NCBI GenBank assembly: GCA_964640155.1
Contig: CAZXEQ010000006.1
Location: forward strand, 9,013 to 41,012
Length of the DNA stretch: 32,000 nucleotides
Reading direction: 5' to 3'
Origin: an uncultured bacterium
GTDB taxonomy: Bacteria; Auribacterota; JACPWU01
Made by a program: the position numbers and the translations under genes. Under the pieces are notes generated by a model, which ran no database searches, had not been told where the DNA came from, and saw only the letters and a list, made by a program, of their open reading frames with translations. This document shows positions 1 to 7,464 of the stretch, piece after piece; position 1 is the stretch's first letter; every line of letters starts with the position of its first letter.

Positions 1-55
1 CCTCACCTTCAATCCCTCCCCGGGTGTTACCATCGGTATGAATGATGATACTTTT
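1..55 (+). repeat. Copy 1 of an exact 55-nt direct repeat (partner at 742-796)
   Basis: Base-for-base identity cctcaccttcaatccctccccgggtgttaccatcggtatgaatgatgatactttt. Identity ends at nt 56 vs 797 (c vs g). Confidence 0.95.
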
Positions 56-1456
56 CAGGTAAATAATACTTTTACTTGGAGCGAAGGTCAGATTTCTGGG
101 GGGACGATTAAAGTGATTAAAGATCTCACTTATGATGCCAATGTCGATGGCGGTAATGGTTCTTCAGGTACTCTTCATTTGGCTCCTACCACCACTAAAA
201 CTTATACTCTTCCTGCATCTGCTCTTGTTCCCTCTTTCATTGTGGATACTAATGCTACGGTTAATACAGATGCAGATACCACGACTACTTTTGAAGGAAC
301 GATTCAAAATGTTGCGGGAACTTTAAATTTCAATGGCAGTGCTACGGTTGCTGGCACCACTACTCTATCAGGTGACTCTTCTACTACTTTAGCCAGTTCT
401 AAAACTCTTACATCCAGTAGTGATTTTAATCTTCAAGGTACTACCACTTCTTTTACTCTTTCCTCTTCTTCTACTTTTTCTACCTCAGGGACTTTTACTC
501 AGACAGGAGGGACTTTTACTTCTAATAATGCTGCTGTGACTTTCAACTATGTGGTAGACATCCAATCTGGAACTTTTAATTTATCTTCTGCAACTACTAC
601 CTTCAATGGCTATGCTCTTTTTAATGTCAGTGGTTCGGCTGATGCTACCATTAATCACAACAATGGCTCGGTTGTTGTCAGTCCTACAGGTAATATCGAT
701 TTCTATGCCGGTCCGGGTGCGGCTACCATTACTCTTTATAACCTCACCTTCAATCCCTCCCCGGGTGTTACCATCGGTATGAATGATGATACTTTTGAAG
801 CTGAAGGAAATCTTATTCTGAATGAAGGGTTTTTAAATTCCGGTGCCTTACGTTCGAAAGGAAATGTGACTGTTGGAACTGACTTTGATGGAGGAACTTT
901 CACTTCTCTCAAATTCATTGGAAGTAGCAATCAGAATTTTGATCTTACAGGAAACACAGGAGTTATTAACGCTGATATTACCATTAATAAATCGGCAGGA
1001 GAGGTCACACTTTTATCAGCACTTGTGATGGATGCAACTAATCAGGATCTATTTATCACTTCTGGAACTTTTAATTTATTTGGTCACAATTTGGATGTTA
1101 CTGGGGACAGTGGAACAATGGTCATTGATGCTGCTGGAACACTTCAACTACAAGGAAACGAAACCATCTCGGGAGGACCTGATAAGAACAGTGGAACTGT
1201 TATTTACAATGGAACAGAAAGTTATACAACTTCGCTAGCAGCAGGTAACACATATACTCACCTTACCTTTAATGGTTCTGGAGGCATCTGGGAACCTGAT
1301 GGAACTGTAAATGTGGAAGGAGATTTAACCATTGGAAATGGAATCTTAGATATCGATGGACAAGATCTTACAGTGAAAGGGACTTTTTCTAATGATGGAA
1401 CTTTAAGAGCTCAAGGAAATGAAACCATCTCGTTGGCCTCTAGCAATTCGGAAACC
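2..1456 (+). other. Beta-helix-like repeat region I of the giant protein
   Basis: Recurrent short motifs GTFT/GTFN/GTLN, NxxG and QGNETIS (twice, 264 nt apart). Very high Thr/Ser/Gly/Asn content. A ~247-aa unit is implied by the 741-nt repeat spacing. Confidence 0.5.
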
Positions 1457-4400
1457 AATTTATTTCTTTTTCATTTAAATAATGATCTTACTGATAGCGG
1501 CGCCCAAAATAAAACAGCTTCTTTGGGAGGAAGTGCTTCTTACACTGCTTCTGGAAAATACAGCGATGCAGTAAGCCTCGATGGAAGTGGTTACGTTGCT
1601 GTCAGTGATATGAATATGTCCACCACTCAAAGCTATACTGCCATGGCATGGTTCAAAGCTTCGGCGTTAGGCAGCAGCAACAATCAAATCATTGACACAA
1701 GAGCTTCAGGTTTTACAATACCTCTTCGTATGTTTATAAATAATGGAGAATTTGCCTGTTCCATTGAAACAGCAGGGGCCACCTACGCAACAGCAACATC
1801 AACCATTACCACTAACACCTGGTATCATGGGGCTTGTGTTTATAATTCAACTACACGCGTTTTATCTGCCTATCTTGATGGTACTTTTATTGGAAGTGTG
1901 ACCATTCCAGCTACAGATGTTTCTAGTACAGAATTTCATATAGGTGATGACCCTACTTTCAGCGGAGAAGGATGGACAGGGCTTATTGATGATGTGGTTG
2001 TTTATCCAAGAGTTCTAACGCCCACACAAATCAATACAGCCTACTCTTCTTCTTCAGAACATACTTACCTTACACTAACAGCGTATGATAATAATTCAGG
2101 AACTTTTGAATATGATGGATCTTCTAGCTATAGTTCTCTCTCAGGAGGAAATGATTATTATCATCTTGAAATTGATGGATCTGGAAGCTTCACACACACA
2201 AACACTTTAAATGTAGCAGGAAATTTAACCATTGCTCAGGGAACTTTGAACAGCAATGGACAAAATATTAACTTGAGTGGGAATTGGAATAATTCAGGAA
2301 CATATACCAGCGGCTCAAACACTGTGACCTTTGAAGGTCCTAACACTCAAACTCTCACATCGGGAGGGACAGGGACAGGCCAAGATTTTAATAATATCAC
2401 CATTTCAAAAGCATTGGGAACCGTTTCTCTACAAACAAACCCTCTTGATGTAGATGGAAATTTTACTTTAGATTCTGGGACTTTTTCTCAAGGGGATTTG
2501 ACCATAACAGTAGGTAATTTTATTATGAATAATGGAACATTTACAGGGGGTTCAGCTGCTGTTACTGTCAACACAGATTTCACACTTTCTGGAGGAGCGT
2601 TTACAAGCACCTCCAATACTTTAAATGTCTCAGGAGATTTTTCTCACACGGCAGGCACGTTTTTACATAATTCAGGAACTGTATCGCTATCTGGAGCAGA
2701 TCAAGATATTACGGGATCAACGACATTTTATCATTTCTCAAAAATTGTAGCTTCCTCCGCTGCTTTAAATTTTGAATCAGACTCTATTACAACTGTTGAA
2801 GGAACTTTAACACTCAAGGGTGCTGCAAGCAACCTCTTAAGCATTCGATCAAGCTCAGTAGGAACTCAAGCTAAAATTGATCCTCAAGGACCTAGAGTCA
2901 TTGAATATTTAGATGTCAAAGACAGTAACAATCTTACTTTACCTCAAATCTCCTGTGTAACAGGATGTATTAACTCTGAGAATAATCTTCAGTGGAATTT
3001 TACAGCCCCTACCATTGGCTTTACAACAACATCTACCAGTGGTTCTGAAAGTGTTACTCCTATTAGTATTGGAATTACATTATCGGAAAGCATTGATCAA
3101 ACAGTAACCGTTTCTTATGCAACTTCAGGAGGAACAGCAACAGGCAGTGGAACAGATTATACTTTACCCTCAGGAACAGCAACAATCGCTGCAGGAAGCA
3201 CAACCACAAATATTTCATTGGCAGTGGTAAATGATTCGACCGATGAATCTAATGAAACAGTGGCCATCACGCTTTCAAATCCAATCAATGCAACATTGGG
3301 AGCCAATACAATTCATACTTATACTATTCTTGATAACGACGATACGGTTGATCCTACACTAGATACAGACGGGGATGGATTAACGGATCAAGAAGAAGAA
3401 ATATTGGGAACAAATCCCAACAGTTCTGATACGGATGGAGACGGAATGCCTGATTTAGAAGAAGCCATTTCAGGAACTGATTCTAATGATTCCTCATCAT
3501 ACAATTCTATTCTCTTTCAAGATGATTTCTCAAATAATGCCAACCCCAAGGGATGGACTGAAAACTCTGACACAAGCAACAATGTTTCTTGGAATATCTC
3601 CGCAGGTAAACTAAATATGACAGCCACCAGTTCTGGCTACGCTTATTACAGCCCATCTACCTTGAACAGTTATATCTCTAGAGTTAATAAAATAGCCATT
3701 ACTTATGATGTTCAATTTTCAAATAGCAATGGTTGGGGTGGTCTTTGGTTATGGGGTGTATATATTGATATTAATAGGTTTCGTTCAGGAGTTAGAGATG
3801 TTTTAGCAGAGATAAGTACAGGCGTAGGAATGTATCACTTCTACAGTGGTATTCCTGACAATAATCAACATCACGTATTGATTCTTGTTTCAAAAGCATC
3901 TCCTTATTATAAAATGAGTCTTTACATAGACACCAAACCTATTTTCATTGATGAATCCATTGAAATCAGTTCTTTTCTGAGTAGTAGAGTCGGTCTTGTA
4001 TCCCCTTATTCAGCAGCAAATGCCATCTATGATAATTTTACAATTTGGGCTAATCCCAATCCAGCTTTGCTCCCCTTCTCAGAAGACTTTAGTACAGAAA
4101 GTTATGGATTATGGACCAGTTCTGGCAATAGCAATATTATATGGGATTTTAATGCCGGAAATCTTCAATCACAAAACTCTGTGTCTGGCTCAGGTTATGG
4201 CTATCTCCAACATGCATTAATGGATATTTCAGGAAAAGACGTTGTGATTGAATATGACACAAGATTCTTAGGAGGGACAACTTGGGGAGGAGTTTTGTGG
4301 AGAGGAATTGGTTGTGATGTAAATGTTAATCGTTCAGGGTGGAGAGATGGATCTTTTGAAGGGTATAATGGAACTTATCAGTTCTACACAGGGCTTTCAG

Positions 4401-5980
4401 CGAATGTACCTCATCATGTAACTTTGATGATTCGCCAAGATTCGCCTTTCTATTTATCTACTCTTTATGTGGACTCAACTCAAATTTTCAGCAATGAACC
4501 TATTCAGGTCAGTTCATTCCCCAATAAAACGATAGGATTTATATCCAATTATTTTGATGGAACTATTCTACGTGATAGTTTAGAGGTTCATGCCGCAGAT
4601 AATGGAGATAATTTAGGGCCTGTGTTTCTTCCTACTTCCAACAAAAATGTCAATATAGGTTCTGATCTAAGCTTTCAAATTGCCGCCGTAGATCCTAATT
4701 CGGATGCGATCACTTATTCTTCAACAAGTCTTCCATCAGGCTCATCTCTAGATAATAGTACAGGAATATTCTCATGGACTCCTTCCTCCACAGGAGTGTC
4801 TTCTGTAACTTTTGAAGCCAGTGATGGAATAGCAACAGATTCCCAAACAGTGAACATCTATGTGAATACTGCTACTGCAACAGATTCAACACTTCACCAA
4901 CAAACTTTTAGTGGAATTTCTATACCTAACAATTGGGATGAAACAGACACTAGCGCCAATGTCGATTGGTCTATCTCCAGTGATCAACTCAGAGCCACTG
5001 TTGTGGGATCAGGAGGTTATTCTTTTTTAACTCCTAATAACTGGAATGTCTCTGCAATCAGTGATGTAGCTATAGAGTATGATATCACCATGCCAGCTAA
5101 TTCATGGGGTGGATTCACTTATCGGGGTATTCATATTGATGTGAACACCATTCGATCAGGAATAAGAGATGGAGCATATGAAGGGCATGCCGGAACCTAT
5201 CAATGGTATTCAGGAATTTCAGCCAATACTCAACATCATATCATTGCTATTATCCATCAAGCTTCTCCTTATTATACTTGTGATCTTTATGTGGATGGAA
5301 AACCTTTCTTTAAAAATGAGCCTATTCAAGTGAGCAGTTTTCCTGATAATTTAGTAGGATTTGCATCCAATTATTATTCAGGCTCTGTCTACTTTGATAA
5401 TCTTACTGTAAAAGATATCTCTTTATTTTTAAGTGCTTCTTCGGACTTTGTAGCGTCTTATCTTTTTAATTCAAACAGTTTAAATAATTTCATTATTTCT
5501 GGATCTACAACGAATGTGATTTGGTCTATGAGCAATGGGGAGTTCATTTCCACTGTGGTGGGTTCAGGGGGATATTCTCATATTTATCCCTATGATTTAG
5601 ATATAGCCGGGAAAACTATTACGGTTGAATATGATGTTCTTTTCAATAAAACAGGCGATGGTTGGGGAGGATTTGATTATCGGGGTGTTCATATTGATAT
5701 CAATCCCAATCGTCATGGTATTAGAGACGGATCTTTCGAAGGATATTCTGGTACTTATAATTGGTATACAAGTACTATGACCAAAGGAGCCCCTCATCAT
5801 GTAATTTTAACTTTTACCCCTTCTTCTCCTTACACGCTGGTTAATCTCTCTGTGGATGGCAACTCTATTTTTACCAATGAACCTATTCAAGTTTCTTCTT
5901 TCCCTAACAAATCCGTAGGGTTTGCTTCTAATTATTTTTCTAGTAACATCTTTTGGGATAATTTAACTGTCATGGAATAA
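2..5980 (+). CDS. Giant modular cell-surface/adhesin-like protein, 5'-truncated by the window edge (at least 1992 aa in window)
   Basis: Frame 2 is open from nt 2. The peptide LTFNPSPGVTIGMNDDTF precedes and spans the ATG at 38 and recurs in frame at 742-796, so the ATG at 38 is internal. Stop TAA is at 5978-5980. The T/S/G/N-rich GTF/GTL repeats look like a parallel beta-helix, followed by LamG, Calx-beta, TSP3-like and Ig-like modules and four jelly-roll-like modules. No C-terminal sorting signal (LPXTG, PEP-CTERM or T9SS-like) is recognisable. Confidence 0.85.
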   Translation, partial: LTFNPSPGVTIGMNDDTFQVNNTFTWSEGQISGGTIKVIKDLTYDANVDGGNGSSGTLHLAPTTTKTYTLPASALVPSFIVDTNATVNTDADTTTTFEGTIQNVAGTLNFNGSATVAGTTTLSGDSSTTLASSKTLTSSSDFNLQGTTTSFTLSSSSTFSTSGTFTQTGGTFTSNNAAVTFNYVVDIQSGTFNLSSATTTFNGYALFNVSGSADATINHNNGSVVVSPTGNIDFYAGPGAATITLYNLTFNPSPGVTIGMNDDTFEAEGNLILNEGFLNSGALRSKGNVTVGTDFDGGTFTSLKFIGSSNQNFDLTGNTGVINADITINKSAGEVTLLSALVMDATNQDLFITSGTFNLFGHNLDVTGDSGTMVIDAAGTLQLQGNETISGGPDKNSGTVIYNGTESYTTSLAAGNTYTHLTFNGSGGIWEPDGTVNVEGDLTIGNGILDIDGQDLTVKGTFSNDGTLRAQGNETISLASSNSETNLFLFHLNNDLTDSGAQNKTASLGGSASYTASGKYSDAVSLDGSGYVAVSDMNMSTTQSYTAMAWFKASALGSSNNQIIDTRASGFTIPLRMFINNGEFACSIETAGATYATATSTITTNTWYHGACVYNSTTRVLSAYLDGTFIGSVTIPATDVSSTEFHIGDDPTFSGEGWTGLIDDVVVYPRVLTPTQINTAYSSSSEHTYLTLTAYDNNSGTFEYDGSSSYSSLSGGNDYYHLEIDGSGSFTHTNTLNVAGNLTIAQGTLNSNGQNINLSGNWNNSGTYTSGSNTVTFEGPNTQTLTSGGTGTGQDFNNITISKALGTVSLQTNPLDVDGNFTLDSGTFSQGDLTITVGNFIMNNGTFTGGSAAVTVNTDFTLSGGAFTSTSNTLNVSGDFSHTAGTFLHNSGTVSLSGADQDITGSTTFYHFSKIVASSAALNFESDSITTVEGTLTLKGAASNLLSIRSSSVGTQAKIDPQGPRVIEYLDVKDSNNLTLPQISCVTGCINSENNLQWNFTAPTIGFTTTSTSGSESVTPISIGITLSESIDQTVTVSYATSGGTATGSGTDYTLPSGTATIAAGSTTTNISLAVVNDSTDESNETVAITLSNPINATLGANTIHTYTILDNDDTVDPTLDTDGDGLTDQEEEILGTNPNSSDTDGDGMPDLEEAISGTDSNDSSSYNSILFQDDFSNNANPKGWTENSDTSNNVSWNISAGKLNMTATSSGYAYYSPSTLNSYISRVNKIAITYDVQFSNSNGWGGLWLWGVYIDINRFRSGVRDVLAEISTGVGMYHFYSGIPDNNQHHVLILVSKASPYYKMSLYIDTKPIFIDESIEISSFLSSRVGLVSPYSAANAIYDNFTIWANPNPALLPFSEDFSTESYGLWTSSGNSNIIWDFNAGNLQSQNSVSGSGYGYLQHALMDISGKDVVIEYDTRFLGGTTWGGVLWRGIGCDVNVNRSGWRDGSFEGYNGTYQFYTGLSANVPHHVTLMIRQDSPFYLSTLYVDSTQIFSNEPIQVSSFPNKTIGFISNYFDGTILRDSLEVHAADNGDNLGPVFLPTSNKNVNIGSDLSFQIAAVDPNSDAITYSSTSLPSGSSLDNSTGIFSWTPSSTGVSSVTFEASDGIATDSQTVNIYVNTATATDSTLHQQTFSGISIPNNWDETDTSANVDWSISSDQLRATVVGSGGYSFLTPNNWNVSAISDVAIEYDITMPANSWGGFTYRGIHIDVNTIRSGIRDGAYEGHAGTYQWYSGISANTQHHIIAIIHQASPYYTCDLYVDGKPFFKNEPIQVSSFPDNLVGFASNYYSGSVYFDNLTVKDISLFLSASSDFVASYLFNSNSLNNFIISGSTTNVIWSMSNGEFISTVVGSGGYSHIYPYDLDIAGKTITVEYDVLFNKTGDGWGGFDYRGVHIDINPNRHGIRDGSFEGYSGTYNWYTSTMTKGAPHHVILTFTPSSPYTLVNLSVDGNSIFTNEPIQVSSFPNKSVGFASNYFSSNIFWDNLTVME
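742..796 (+). repeat. Copy 2 of the exact 55-nt direct repeat (partner at 1-55)
   Basis: Identical 55-mer in the same reading frame, 741 nt (247 codons) downstream of copy 1. Confidence 0.95.
1460..2043 (+). other. LamG / concanavalin-A-like lectin domain (Laminin_G_3-like)
   Basis: LNNDLTDSG...ASLGG...G.YSDAVSLDGSGYV...YTAMAWFK...WYHGACVY...LSAYLDG...HIGDD...F.G.IDDVVVYPRVLT. This is the typical LamG_3 signature (candidate-value, 'W.H.a.vyd', 'lY.DG', 'iD.v.iy.r.Ls'). Confidence 0.7.
2050..3000 (+). other. Beta-helix-like repeat region II with a capping segment
   Basis: YYHLEIDGSG...LNVAGNLTIAQGTLNSNGQNINLSGNWNNSGTYTSGSNTVTFEG...FNNITISK..., ending IRSSSVGTQAKIDPQG..IEYLDVKDSNN. I recognise this repeat grammar from large bacterial surface proteins but cannot name the family. 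Confidence 0.45.
3005..3343 (+). other. Calx-beta domain
   Basis: TVTVSYATSGGTATGSGTDYTLPSGTATIAAGSTTTNISLAVVNDSTDESNETVAITLSNPINATLG...HTYTILDND. This matches the classic Calx-beta pattern (GTA..G.DY....GT..F..G.t...i.i.i.dD...E..E.f.v.Ls......lg). Confidence 0.8.
3350..3499 (+). other. Thrombospondin type-3-like Ca-binding repeats (2 copies)
   Basis: DTDGDGLTDQEEEILGTNPNSSDTDGDGMPDLEEAISGTDSND, i.e. two DxDxDGxxDxxE repeats. Confidence 0.75.
3509..4048 (+). repeat. Jelly-roll-like module copy A (most diverged), ConA-like/DUF1080-like (tentative)
   Basis: FQDDFSN...GWTE.....VSWNISAGKL...AITYDVQF...GWGGLWLWGVYIDINRFRSGVRD...HHVLILV...SPYYKMSLYID...F..ESIEISSF...VGL.S......YDNFTIW. It aligns with copies B-D. 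Confidence 0.6.
4064..4590 (+). repeat. Jelly-roll-like module copy B
   Basis: FSEDFS...WTSSG..NIIWDFNAGNL...VIEYDTRF...TWGGVLWRGIGCDVNVNRSGWRDGSFEGYNGTYQFYTG...HHVTLMI...SPFY.STLYVDS.QIFSNEPIQVSSFPNKTIGFISNYF. Confidence 0.6.
4616..4864 (+). other. Ig-like / cadherin-like (putative Ig, He_PIG-type) domain inserted between module copies B and C
   Basis: GPVFLP...VNIGSDLSFQIAAVDPNSDAITYSSTSLPSGSSLDNSTGIFSWTPSSTGVSSVTFEASDGIATDSQTVNIYV. This is the typical 'LP.G.sld..TG..sWtP' bacterial Ig-like pattern. Confidence 0.65.
4889..5413 (+). repeat. Jelly-roll-like module copy C
   Basis: ...NWDETDTSANVDWSISSDQL...AIEYDITM..NSWGGFTYRGIHIDVNTIRSGIRDGAYEGHAGTYQWYSG...HHIIAII..ASPYYTCDLYVDGKPFFKNEPIQVSSFPDNLVGFASNYYSGSVYFDNLTV. 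Confidence 0.6.
5447..5977 (+). repeat. Jelly-roll-like module copy D (C-terminus of the protein)
   Basis: ...NVIWSMSNGEF...TVEYDVLF...DGWGGFDYRGVHIDINPNRHGIRDGSFEGYSGTYNWYT....HHVILTF..SSPY.LVNLSVDGNSIFTNEPIQVSSFPNKSVGFASNYFSSNIFWDNLTV. Confidence 0.6.
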
Positions 5981-5984
5981 TCTT

Positions 5985-7022
5985 TTAAGAATTTATTTTT
6001 TGACCGATCACTTTTGCAGCTTCTAGAAAAGCTTTTGTGATGGCAGAAGAAGAATCTCTTACAACGATAGGAACACCTTCATCTCCTCCTACTCGAACAG
6101 CAGCTTCCAAAGGAATTTTTCCTAAGAAAGGAACTTTCATTCTTTCTGCTTCTTTATGCCCGCCACCCTCTCTAAAAATATCTGTTTTTTCTTGGCAATG
6201 AGGACAAACAAAATAACTCATATTTTCAATGATACCTAAAATTTCTACGTTGAGCTTTTGAAACATGACTACACCTTTTTTAGCATCAATTAAGGCAACA
6301 TCCTGAGGAGTCGTTACAATTACCGCACCACGAAGAGGAACCAATTGAACCAAAGATAATTGAGCATCTCCAGTGCCCGGCGGCAAATCAACAATCAAAA
6401 TATCTAAGTCTTCCCACTGCGTATCATATAGTAATTGTCGAATTGCTCCTGTTACCATAGGTCCTCGCCAAATTACGGGATTATCGCCTTCCATAAAAAA
6501 GCCTAAGGACATCATGTGGACGCCATGCTTAAAATGTGGAATCAAGCGATTATTGGGAGTCAAAGCGGGTCTTTCCTGAAGGCCCATCATCATAGGAATA
6601 CTGGGTCCATAAATATCACAATCCAATAGTCCCACTTTTTTTCCAATAAGATGAAGCGCACAGGCTAAATTAACTGCAACGGTCGATTTTCCAACTCCAC
6701 CCTTTCCACTGGCAACAGCAATAATGGTCTTCACGCCTGGAACTGGTTTTTGTTCTAACGTAGCTCGGTCAGCCGCAGGACGAACAGGATTTTCATTCGC
6801 AGAGAATTGAATTGCATTTGAGAAAACAGGTCGAATAGATTCACAGATGAGTTGTTCTATTTGGCTTCTTTTCTCAGGAGGTTCTGTTGTATAAGCAATT
6901 GAAATATGAATGGTCTTATCTTTAATTTCAACCCCTTTAATCAAACCAAAGGAAACAATATCTCGGCTAAAGCCAGGATATTTTATTTGTCGCAAAATAT
7001 TAAAAATTTCTTCCGATGTCAC
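5985..7022 (-). CDS. mrp: Mrp/NBP35-family Fe-S cluster carrier ATPase (ApbC-like) with an N-terminal DUF59/MIP18 domain
   Basis: Deviant Walker A AVASGKGGVGKST, a CPHC motif (YFVCPHCQEKTDIF) and an N-terminal DUF59-like segment. GTG start at 7020-7022 is preceded by GAGG 5 nt upstream. Stop is at 5985-5987. Confidence 0.9.
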   Translation of the reverse strand: MTSEEIFNILRQIKYPGFSRDIVSFGLIKGVEIKDKTIHISIAYTTEPPEKRSQIEQLICESIRPVFSNAIQFSANENPVRPAADRATLEQKPVPGVKTIIAVASGKGGVGKSTVAVNLACALHLIGKKVGLLDCDIYGPSIPMMMGLQERPALTPNNRLIPHFKHGVHMMSLGFFMEGDNPVIWRGPMVTGAIRQLLYDTQWEDLDILIVDLPPGTGDAQLSLVQLVPLRGAVIVTTPQDVALIDAKKGVVMFQKLNVEILGIIENMSYFVCPHCQEKTDIFREGGGHKEAERMKVPFLGKIPLEAAVRVGGDEGVPIVVRDSSSAITKAFLEAAKVIGQKINS

Positions 7023-7041
7023 ATTGACCTCTAAATTTAAA

Positions 7042-7455
7042 TTATTCGCCTATGATTTTAACAATCACTCGCTTCTTTCTCTGTCCGTCAAATTCCGCAT
7101 AATAAACTTGTTCCCAAGGCCCTAAATCTAATTTACCTTTTGTGATGGGGAGAACAACCTGATGGCCAATCAAAAGATTCTTTAAATGTGCATCTCCATT
7201 ATCCTCTCCTGTTTGATGATGCCGATAGGGTTTGCCTGAAGGAGCTAGTCGTTCAAGCATTTGATCAATATCAGAAATTAAACCTTCTTCTGCATCATTC
7301 ACATAGACACCTGCAGTAATATGCATTGCGGAAACCAAAACCAAACCTTCTTCAATATTACTTTTTTGCAATGCTTCTTCAACGCGAGGCGTAATATTGA
7401 TATAGTCCCTTATTTTTTCCGTATTAAGCCATAAGTATTCAGTAAATGATTTCAT
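7042..7455 (-). CDS. YjbQ/UPF0047 family protein (secondary thiamine-phosphate synthase-like)
   Basis: 137 aa with ..[19 protein letters not shown].......P......[15 protein letters not shown]....LPI..GKL.LG.WQ.....EFDG.R.R.V.VKI.GE, which is characteristic of YjbQ. Confidence 0.85.
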   Translation of the reverse strand: MKSFTEYLWLNTEKIRDYINITPRVEEALQKSNIEEGLVLVSAMHITAGVYVNDAEEGLISDIDQMLERLAPSGKPYRHHQTGEDNGDAHLKNLLIGHQVVLPITKGKLDLGPWEQVYYAEFDGQRKKRVIVKIIGE

Positions 7456-7464
7456 TATTTAATT

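Noticed and set aside
38-40. ATG at 38 as the true start of the giant gene (as in the ORF track)
   Set aside because: The frame is open from nt 2. The 12 codons before the ATG plus the following 6 repeat an internal peptide (742-796), so the gene continues upstream and this Met is internal.
132-5800. Short ORFs nested in or antisense to the giant ORF (132-326, 736-930, 1032-1238, 3996-4220, 5597-5800)
   Set aside because: They are 61-74 aa with low-complexity or odd composition, lie entirely inside a much longer ORF with recognisable domains, and have no motifs. They are typical shadow ORFs.
3509-5977. C-terminal modules of the giant protein as a diversity-generating retroelement target (VR/TR pair)
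   Set aside because: There is no reverse transcriptase, no near-identical template repeat with adenine-specific differences and no C-type-lectin VR signature. The four copies differ throughout, not at A-positions only.
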